A stretch of DNA of 64,000 nt from a virus: positions 16,500 to 80,499 of the IMG/VR virus record IMGVR_UViG_3300037119_005106. One strand, given 5' to 3'. This document shows, in pieces, positions 56,363-64,000 of the stretch. The notes under the pieces are model-generated. The model had not been told where the DNA came from. It did not search any database and saw nothing but the letters and a program-made list of their open reading frames with translations. A program made the translations under genes and the position numbers. Positions within the stretch are counted from its first letter, which is position 1, and every line of letters begins with the position of its first letter.

Positions 56363-57330
56363 TTAAGGGAGATTCCATATACAAAGCTCTTCCAGAAATT
56401 CACAGTCAAATAAGAGATAAATTCATTTTTGCTGAAAACCTAATCAGCTTCCTAAAGGAAAAGCACAACGAAGAATTAGAAAGTCTTTCCTTCAATCCCA
56501 TCAAAGACGATATCAATACATTAATCAATAGCCTTATAAATACAATCATTAGGCTTGGCTACATTATTGTATTTGATAACTACAACCAAGACAATACAGA
56601 TCTAAAAATTCTGTATAGTATTGGAGATATGGAATTCATGTGGTATCTGATAGAATATAAAAAGATAAACAACATTGAATCCGAAGAAATACGCATTGGC
56701 TTTACTTATTTACTAGACAGAATCGCTACACAAACAGAAGCCTATCCTGATGTTTTCCAATATGAATACTTTCAAGAAGATGATAACTGTTTTCAAGGAG
56801 AATTCGAAATGCTATTTGATGAAGAAAGATTCGCTGACGAAGAAGATAATATAGACGAAGGAATGCTTCAAGAAATGCAAGAAGAAAAGAAAGAAGAACT
56901 TGCTAGGCTTCGCAAATGGAAAGACTTATACACACTTTATTTCTATCAGTCTTATGATCGATTCCTAGAATACGTTCCCAAAAATAAAGACGAAGAAGAA
57001 TTCAAAGAATTTATCATAAAAGGAATGGCTATTGATTACAGTATTCCTAACAAATTTATGGATGGAGAAGATATTAGTTCAGATGGCGGAATTAGCTTCT
57101 CTCAAAACACAATGGTAAGTTTTGATTTCTCACAAGGAGTAGAAGAACAATGGTTCGAAATGATGGAAGAATATGGATATAACGGTTCTTCACAACCTGT
57201 AGGATGGTATGAGGTTTCGAAAGAAGGAGTAGTTAATAAAACCAGCCAACAAGACATTACCGACCTAAAAGCAATCTACCAATACATTTTAGATTTATAC
57301 GAAAACCATTTAAACAAATTGGAAAAATGA
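56266..57330 (+). CDS. PRTRC protein F-like acidic protein
   Basis: Position between C and B, size and acidity; no motif confirmed. Confidence 0.55.
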   Translation: MGQDKKTARNRISKRNTTSSNAVKQRKNIFQLVKGDSIYKALPEIHSQIRDKFIFAENLISFLKEKHNEELESLSFNPIKDDINTLINSLINTIIRLGYIIVFDNYNQDNTDLKILYSIGDMEFMWYLIEYKKINNIESEEIRIGFTYLLDRIATQTEAYPDVFQYEYFQEDDNCFQGEFEMLFDEERFADEEDNIDEGMLQEMQEEKKEELARLRKWKDLYTLYFYQSYDRFLEYVPKNKDEEEFKEFIIKGMAIDYSIPNKFMDGEDISSDGGISFSQNTMVSFDFSQGVEEQWFEMMEEYGYNGSSQPVGWYEVSKEGVVNKTSQQDITDLKAIYQYILDLYENHLNKLEK

Positions 57331-57995
57331 GTTATATAACCTCTTCAAACGAACAGCATTTAAAATTTGTGCTATGCGCTTATGATAACAAAATGATTTA
57401 TCATGACTATAATCATAAGACGGATGAACTATCAGCGGGAAAGATGCTGACTGTTGATGCAGCGAAAACATTGTTTAAGTTCTCTAATGAGATTAACTCC
57501 ATGAAGCAATATGAATTCAATGGAATTATCCCAAGCAATGTTTTAAGATTTAAGACAGATGAAAAATATATCATCTGGGAAACGGAACCTGGGATAAAAG
57601 AAATTTTATATCATGAAAGCCTTCCTGTAAAATCAGGGAAGTATTGGGTACCAAGAATGATTTGGAAACTAAACGCCAATTCTCTTTCAGTTCATGCTAT
57701 TATGAAGGAAGTAAAATCAGAAAAGGACAAGCTATACAATGCTCCATTCTTCAATGTAAGCAAAGGCGGTAGTGTGTGTATGGGTAATACCAAGTTCACA
57801 GACCAAGGCTACAATTATGAAAAAATCATGAAGAAAGTTGAGGAAGGATTTTGGGGTTCAGTTTTTACACATAGCAATAATGATGCATTACTACATTTCA
57901 ACTTTGTTGAATGGTGTAACAATCCAAAATTAAATCAAATGCAATGCAATGATTTATTGGTAGATTCTGAAAAAACAATTAAAAGTATATTGTAA
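57327..57995 (+). CDS. PRTRC protein B, prokaryotic E2 family D
   Basis: L.AGK.LT, IIP.NVL, VPRMIW, LYNAPFFNV...GSVCMGN and FWGS.FTH. Confidence 0.88.
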   Translation: MSYITSSNEQHLKFVLCAYDNKMIYHDYNHKTDELSAGKMLTVDAAKTLFKFSNEINSMKQYEFNGIIPSNVLRFKTDEKYIIWETEPGIKEILYHESLPVKSGKYWVPRMIWKLNANSLSVHAIMKEVKSEKDKLYNAPFFNVSKGGSVCMGNTKFTDQGYNYEKIMKKVEEGFWGSVFTHSNNDALLHFNFVEWCNNPKLNQMQCNDLLVDSEKTIKSIL

Positions 57996-58273
57996 TGAGC
58001 GCAATTAAAATTTATAACCAAGCAGAAAGAAACGGAATTTATTTTTATACTGACTGTACTAGCATTACTATTACACAGCACGAAAAATTAATGGAAAATT
58101 CCACTAAAGCAAACGGAAAAAAAATCAGACAATTGATTAAAAATAATTGTTCCGATTTATATGAAAGTTTAGGTTTAGAATTTCCTAATCCTTACGAATA
58201 TAAAAGCCGAAAAAAAGAAGGATTATTAATTTACGTACATTCATCAATTGAATATTTTTTCAAAATAAATTAA
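57995..58273 (+). CDS. AT-rich hypothetical protein inserted in the PRTRC cassette
   Basis: NPY...LIYVHSSIEYF; lower GC than its neighbours. Confidence 0.55.
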   Translation: MSAIKIYNQAERNGIYFYTDCTSITITQHEKLMENSTKANGKKIRQLIKNNCSDLYESLGLEFPNPYEYKSRKKEGLLIYVHSSIEYFFKIN

Positions 58274-58275
58274 TC

Positions 58276-59061
58276 ATGAAAAAAGAAACCATTCATTACG
58301 CTCCTGAATACTTCATAAGTCCGCAACATCCAGTTTCAATAGCGCTTATAGGGGCTGGAGGTACAGGCTCATTAGTTGCTCCAAGATTGGCAAGACTAGA
58401 TTATGTCTTAAAAGAATTAGGATTGCCCGGATTATATGTAATCGTTTATGATGGTGACACCGTAGAACAAAACAATGTAGGCAGACAGAATTTCAGCAAG
58501 AATGATATCGGCGATTATAAAGCAGCCAATATTGTTCAGAAGATAAATATGGCTTACGGGTTGGACTGGGAATGCAAGAATGAATATGTTGGAGATAAGA
58601 TTCCTGATGCCAATATTGTTATTTCTTGTGTTGACAATGTAGAGCTTCGAAACAAAATCCATAAAAAAAGAGAAGAGAAATCAATCATAAACAGAATTGA
58701 TTATACTACTCCTTTCTATTGGTTGGATTGCGGTAATGGAAAGGATTTTGGTCAAGTAATCTTATCAACAATATTCGATATCCACCAACCTGAGAAATCA
58801 GTATTCAAATGCCAAAAAAGACTTCCATCAGTCATTGATATCTATGGAGAACTTTCTCAATATGATACCAAAGAATCCCAAGGTATTGAGGGATGCTCTA
58901 TGGCTGAGAGTTTATCCAAGCAAGATGTATTCATTAATGATGAGATTGCTATACAGGCTGTAAAAATAGTGCAACAGTTGGTTCGTAATTATAGAATATC
59001 ATATCATGGCGCTGTAGTCAATCAGGCAACTAGTAAAGTAATCGGAATACCTATTCCATAA
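58276..59061 (+). CDS. PRTRC ThiF-family E1-like enzyme
   Basis: IGAGGTGS, DGDTVEQNNVGRQ, CVDN, YWLDCGN and CSMAESLSKQDVFIN. Confidence 0.92.
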   Translation: MKKETIHYAPEYFISPQHPVSIALIGAGGTGSLVAPRLARLDYVLKELGLPGLYVIVYDGDTVEQNNVGRQNFSKNDIGDYKAANIVQKINMAYGLDWECKNEYVGDKIPDANIVISCVDNVELRNKIHKKREEKSIINRIDYTTPFYWLDCGNGKDFGQVILSTIFDIHQPEKSVFKCQKRLPSVIDIYGELSQYDTKESQGIEGCSMAESLSKQDVFINDEIAIQAVKIVQQLVRNYRISYHGAVVNQATSKVIGIPIP

Positions 59062-59071
59062 ATTAAAGATT

Positions 59072-59332
59072 ATGACTTTAGAAAATATAGAATACGCAAA
59101 TGAATTGGTTAAATCAATCAAAGAAAAGGAAACTAAAATTGATTTATTAGAAAAAAATATAGAAGTAATAAAAATGAATTCAGTAAAAAATATAACACTT
59201 AATTTTTATTATAACGTGCCAGAAATAACAATTTCTATTTCAAAAGAAGTTATTATTAAAGAAATTAAAGAACAATTATATGTTTTGCGAAATCTAGTCA
59301 AAGCACATAAATATAATCTAGAAAGACTATAA
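59072..59332 (+). CDS. Hypothetical coiled-coil protein
   Basis: AT-rich ORF. Confidence 0.5.
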   Translation: MTLENIEYANELVKSIKEKETKIDLLEKNIEVIKMNSVKNITLNFYYNVPEITISISKEVIIKEIKEQLYVLRNLVKAHKYNLERL

Positions 59333-59336
59333 CAAA

Positions 59337-59552
59337 ATGGAAGCTAAAACAGCAGGACAAATAGCTGAGGAATGCGATATAGACTACCATACCATTTACA
59401 GAATTATCAAAAAGAAAGAGATAAAAGGAACTAAAAGGAGAGGGGATTGTCAAATCTTCTTTAATGAACACCAACAAGAACTCATTCATAATATTCTCAC
59501 TGCATCAGGAAAAATGGAATGGCTCACTTTAAAATCAAAAATAAATAATTAA
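59337..59552 (+). CDS. HTH (excisionase/MerR-like) DNA-binding protein
   Basis: TAGQIAEECDIDYHTIYRIIKKKEI. Confidence 0.7.
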   Translation: MEAKTAGQIAEECDIDYHTIYRIIKKKEIKGTKRRGDCQIFFNEHQQELIHNILTASGKMEWLTLKSKINN

Positions 59553-59554
59553 TT

Positions 59555-60616
59555 ATGGTATCACAAAGAACATTAGCCATTTACGGATGGACATCAATTG
59601 AGGATTACTTCGAATATATAATAGAAAGTAAAATCAATGGCCAACATAAACAAGTTCTAGGATTAATTCAAGCTATGTCAAAATCACAAAAGAAACATTG
59701 CCTGATTTGGTTCGATGAACAAGTACGTTCTCACGATGTAGAGTATTGCAAAGACGTTTTAATCAAGGAGCTGTAATGAAAGCTTTGTCAAAGCATTTAG
59801 TTTTCTATGGCTTTGCTAAACTTACCAAGAAAGCTATACGCAAAAGGTCTATCATTATTCAATACGCAAATACTTCCAATTATAACGATAGGCAGAAGCG
59901 CTACATTGAACAAAAAATGCACATCGTTTATCAACGTTACCAAACCAAGGAAGAAGCCGAGGAAAGCAAGAATTCAAATAGAAGCTGGACGAAGTGGGAA
60001 TACTTTGTGGATGATAAACGATGGAAAGGAAATATTGAAGCGATTTTACACGACAACTTTGTAGCTGAAGTAAATAATGTTTCGCTTAAAGAACGCACAG
60101 AAATTAAGGAAAAATTGGAGAAAGGCTATTATGACTTCTACCAATTAAAAAGAGAACCAAAAGGACAACAACAACTTTTATTCGAATAATTATGGCAATT
60201 ATATTAGGAAAGAAATTGGTAACAATTCAAAACAGAAAAGGAACAAATGTATTCCAAGGAACTGAAGAAGAATTAATTCAACTCATCAAAGACACTCAAT
60301 CTATAGCAGATTCTATCAGAGAAGATTTAAAGGCGGGAAATATTGATGCCAAAAATGATAGTATAGCTATTGAGGAATATGAGGAATTTGCTAATAAATA
60401 TTAAAAATGGAAATTCTATTATTAAAAGAAACTAAAGATAGCGACTTACACATAGGATTAAAAGTATGCTATAAAGACATTAATGGTAATTACTCCAAAC
60501 TCGGGGTTATTACCGATAGCTATGAACAGGATGGTATAACACTCTACCTGATAAATACGGCAATGGGCTCTTATGCGGCCAACGAATTAAAATTGATAAA
60601 AGATGAAAACAATTGA
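59555..60616 (+). CDS. Four small hypothetical ORFs (59555-59776, ~59776-60189, 60192-60404, 60407-60616)
   Basis: Coupled, co-directional. Confidence 0.5.
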
Positions 60617-60732
60617 AACAATTATTAAGAATTTTGATTTTAATTCTTTCATGATAGGATTTATAATTGGAGCAATTTTAATATGTAAATATATGATTTG
60701 GACTATAGGTCTATATTATAAAAAAAAAATAA

Positions 60733-62655
60733 ATGATACTAAAAGAAACAATTGACAAAGTATTTGCTCTCGACATTGTGGATGTTATCAAGGACTATGT
60801 AAAACTTAAAAAAACGGGAGCAAACTACAAAGGACTCTCCTGCTTTACCGACGAACGAACGCCATCATTTACCGTATCACCAGCTAAAGGAATATTCAAA
60901 TGTTTCAGTAGTGGGAAAGGTGGCAACTTGGTAAAGTTCATCATGGAAAAGGAGCTGATGAATTATCCTGAAGCTTTGAAGTTTTTATGTAAGCGCTTTA
61001 ACATCGAGTGCTTGGAATCGGAAGAAACCAACGAAGAGAAAATACTTTCACAGAAAAAGGAATCCATGCACATCATCAATACTGCTGCATTGAATTTCTA
61101 TAAACAGAATCTCAACTACTTCCAAGAGGTTTTGAACTATGTCTATGGAGAGCGACAGATTTCCGCAGAAATGGTAAACAAGTTTGAGATAGGATTTGCA
61201 CCAAGCACCATTTCGGGATTAACCAACCATTTAATCAATGCTGGTTACAATTGGCAATTAGCAGTTGAAAACTCTGTACTGGGTTACATTCCTGAGAAGA
61301 ACAATCTCTATGACAGGTTTCGGAACAGGGTAATGTTTCCAATAAAAAATATATCTGGAAATGTTATTGGCTTTGGTGGTCGCTCATTGGCTCCCAATGA
61401 AAAGAACGCGAAGTATCTGAACAGTTCCGACAGTATTCTTTACAATAAGAGTGAAGCACTCTTTGGGATATTTGAAAGCAAGAAAGCGATCATTGACAAA
61501 AACCAATGTTTATTATCCGAAGGATATTTGGATGTGGTTATGTTCCATCAAAAAGGAGTAGAGAATATTGTAGCATCATCCGGAACAGCACTTACCATAG
61601 AACACGTAAAACTGATTAAAAGGTTTACCAAAAATGTGGTCGTGGTTTTTGATAATGACAAAGCCGGAATACGAGCAACGCTAAAAGGAATTGATATTCT
61701 TTTGGCCGAGGAAATGTATGTGAAAGTTTTAATCCTACCACAAGGACAAGATCCGGATGATTTTGCTAAAGCAAGGAATAAGGAAGAAATAGAAAAATAC
61801 ATTCTAGATTATTCCCAAGACTTTGTTTTATTCAAACTCAATCATTTGCTAATGGAAGCTAATGGCGATTTGAATTTAGCATCTAAAGCAGTAGAAGATG
61901 TATTGGAGAGTATTGCCAAAATGCCAGACGTAGTACGTCGGGAAGTCTATTTGAAAGAGTGCGCTGCCATATCCAAAATTAGTATTGATATGCTCCGCAT
62001 CACGCTGAGAAAACATATAGCAGATGAAATAGCTTTCAGTCCATCGGTGCCACAAAACTTCTACGAACAGTTTATGTCCAACAGGAACTACATCCAAACC
62101 CAATGCGAGAAGAAAATACTCCAATATGTGTTGGCTTATGGTAGTTTGGAATTGACTTTCAAAGAAGTGCTATTGGACAAGGCTGGTACCGCTACGCATC
62201 AGTATTTCAAAGAAAGACCATTTGATGCCAGGAGAACGGTTTTGGATAAAGTGAAATATGAATTGGAAACCGATGGAATCCATTTTCTGAACATCACTTA
62301 CTCTCACATATACGAGAGAGCCAAATTAGCCGATTTAAGGAACTTTAATTCTTTAGAGCATCATTTGGACACCGAAACCTATTTGTTAGCTATTGAGTTA
62401 AGGAATGAGGAACTGACAGGGAACAGGAATACTTTTTCCTATGGCGCTTCGATAGGAGTTCAGGAACAAAATATAATTCCTAATCTTCATGAATACTTAC
62501 AAGCTTCCATAAAAGAGAACTTGCTTTTCTATAAAGTGATGTATATCGAATGGCTGATTGAGGAAGAGAGCAAAAAGAACATACCCAACAAGGAGAATGT
62601 GAAAGATTATATTGAACTGATCATTCGCATTAAAAAAGAACTTAATACTATTTAA
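60733..62655 (+). CDS. dnaG: DNA primase (DnaG-type)
   Basis: Zn-binding domain variant, DRFRNRVMFPI, GFGGR, KYLNS, EGYLDV, FDNDKAG and DPDD. Confidence 0.95.
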   Translation: MILKETIDKVFALDIVDVIKDYVKLKKTGANYKGLSCFTDERTPSFTVSPAKGIFKCFSSGKGGNLVKFIMEKELMNYPEALKFLCKRFNIECLESEETNEEKILSQKKESMHIINTAALNFYKQNLNYFQEVLNYVYGERQISAEMVNKFEIGFAPSTISGLTNHLINAGYNWQLAVENSVLGYIPEKNNLYDRFRNRVMFPIKNISGNVIGFGGRSLAPNEKNAKYLNSSDSILYNKSEALFGIFESKKAIIDKNQCLLSEGYLDVVMFHQKGVENIVASSGTALTIEHVKLIKRFTKNVVVVFDNDKAGIRATLKGIDILLAEEMYVKVLILPQGQDPDDFAKARNKEEIEKYILDYSQDFVLFKLNHLLMEANGDLNLASKAVEDVLESIAKMPDVVRREVYLKECAAISKISIDMLRITLRKHIADEIAFSPSVPQNFYEQFMSNRNYIQTQCEKKILQYVLAYGSLELTFKEVLLDKAGTATHQYFKERPFDARRTVLDKVKYELETDGIHFLNITYSHIYERAKLADLRNFNSLEHHLDTETYLLAIELRNEELTGNRNTFSYGASIGVQEQNIIPNLHEYLQASIKENLLFYKVMYIEWLIEEESKKNIPNKENVKDYIELIIRIKKELNTI

Positions 62656-62656
62656 G

Positions 62657-63016
62657 ATGGATAATGAAATAAAATTTCAAGACAATAATCATACTCATGA
62701 TAAACTAAGAAAAGATTGGGATGATTTAGAATGGATAAATGAATTTTATGAATTTCTCAAAGGAGATATTCCAGAAGGAATTAAAATAGGTAAACATAGT
62801 AACCCTAAAATAACTCCTAAAAAAGCTTTTACAATAATCTGGTACTTACAGGAACATTTGAGAATATTACCAGATCATATTGAAAAATGCAGTTGTTGTA
62901 ATGATTTATATGATACTCACTCAGAAGGTATTTATTGGGAATCTAAAGGAAAGTTTTATTGCGGAACATGTGAAGATCAAGTTCCTTTAAATTATGATAA
63001 TAATCAAAGAGATTAA
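62657..63016 (+). CDS. Hypothetical Zn-finger protein
   Basis: WYLQE...CSCC...CGTC. Confidence 0.55.
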   Translation: MDNEIKFQDNNHTHDKLRKDWDDLEWINEFYEFLKGDIPEGIKIGKHSNPKITPKKAFTIIWYLQEHLRILPDHIEKCSCCNDLYDTHSEGIYWESKGKFYCGTCEDQVPLNYDNNQRD

Positions 63017-63119
63017 TTATGTGTGGATTTCCAGATTACCTACCACCCGATAGCGACTATTGGGAATTTGAAAAAGAATTAGAAGAACAAGACAAAGAAG
63101 AACCTAATCCAAATTAGTT

Positions 63120-63521
63120 ATGACTAAAGAAGAAATAAAAAAAGAAGCGTATGGCGAGTATTATGATAAACACCAGCAAGATATAGATGAAAATGGTTGG
63201 CTATCTTATGGATTATTTCCTGAAAAGTTTTTACGTAAACAAGAATTATTAGAATTCAAAGGAGAAACACAAAGCAAATGTTTTGTTCGGCCAAAATCAC
63301 TTCAAGGAATAGAAACCAACAAAGGCTGGATTACCGTAAACCCAAAAGACAGCGGAACAACCAATCCAACAGAAACAGGATTTGTTCACATAGTTTACCG
63401 AGCCAACGGAGAAGTAGGGATGGCGCATTATAATAAGATGTCGTATCAAGACGTTGATTTCTTTGCCTATACCTACAGCCATTGGCAACCGATTGATAAA
63501 AAAGAAAAACCTTTATACTAG
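63120..63521 (+). CDS. DUF551-like phage protein
   Basis: GWITV...YSHWQPI. Confidence 0.5.
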   Translation: MTKEEIKKEAYGEYYDKHQQDIDENGWLSYGLFPEKFLRKQELLEFKGETQSKCFVRPKSLQGIETNKGWITVNPKDSGTTNPTETGFVHIVYRANGEVGMAHYNKMSYQDVDFFAYTYSHWQPIDKKEKPLY

Positions 63522-63526
63522 AGATT

Positions 63527-63945
63527 ATGCCGAAAGATGAAATCATTAGCGCATTTGCTTTTCAGACAGGAAAAGAAATTGAAAAATTAATCAATGAACG
63601 AACCAACAATCTTCAAGACGAAAACGAAATATTAATCGCTAGAATATTAAGATGGTACGAAATAACAAAAGATCCTGAGTTCGCAAAACACTTTGGAATA
63701 GGAGAAGATAGAAAAGGTATAATTCCAAAAAAATAATTATGACAACATACGGAATACTTTTAGGAAGCGATTCACACCACACTTGCTTTGGAAGATTAGG
63801 GTGCTCACGTGGAGCATCCTATGGCAGTTATGACAATTACTATTACGGAATAAAATATCTTTTCGCTATTTGTGTTTACAAAGGCTGGGGAGATTTCTCA
63901 AAACCACATAGACAATGGCCACATCTTTATAATCCTGAAAAATAA
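63527..63945 (+). CDS. Two small hypothetical ORFs (63527-63736, 63739-63945)
   Basis: Co-directional packing. Confidence 0.45.
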
Positions 63946-64000
63946 TAATTATGAAAAAATTATTTATTATACCGATTCTTCTTTTTCTCATTGCTTGTGA

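Noticed and set aside
1-64000. Stop-codon reassignment, known in some crAss-like phages
   Set aside because: Long genes are intact in the standard code, TAG and TGA end several genes, and no suppressor tRNA was seen.
1-64000. Prophage or integration module
   Set aside because: No integrase, repressor pair or host housekeeping flank in the window.

Overview
This is a 64-kb segment of an AT-rich crAss-like (Crassvirales-type) podophage genome. The host is probably in Bacteroidota, most likely Flavobacteriaceae, based on TAnnTTTG promoters and a Flavobacterium-type DnaG. Genes read normally in the standard bacterial code. Bases 1-~32200 are transcribed leftward. They hold the crAss-type morphogenesis block (TerL, portal, scaffold-like protein, MCP, ring/tail tube proteins, fibres, lysis cassette, tail stabiliser, ejection proteins). 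Upstream of that block sit GroEL/GroES-like genes and an accessory island. The island contains two alanine-identity tRNA-like RNAs with replaced anticodon arms, a small protein copying part of the terminase ATPase, a GIY-YIG endonuclease, a DEDD exonuclease, two candidate nucleotide-signal sponges and a KTSC protein. Bases ~32400-64000 are transcribed rightward and hold early and replication genes: small membrane proteins, SSB, RepL-like, a DarB-like helicase-methyltransferase, SymE-like, HU-like, Dda-like helicase, 5'-3' exonuclease and primase. This arm also carries a PRTRC-type prokaryotic ubiquitin-like cassette (E, Ubl C, F, E2-like B, ThiF E1). The strongest novelty candidates are the G3·U70 tRNA-scaffolded RNAs, the phage-borne PRTRC cassette sharing a GW(T/D) micro-domain with the phage SSB-like protein, and the terminase-mimic protein. 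All family calls come from recognising motifs by eye; no database searches were run.
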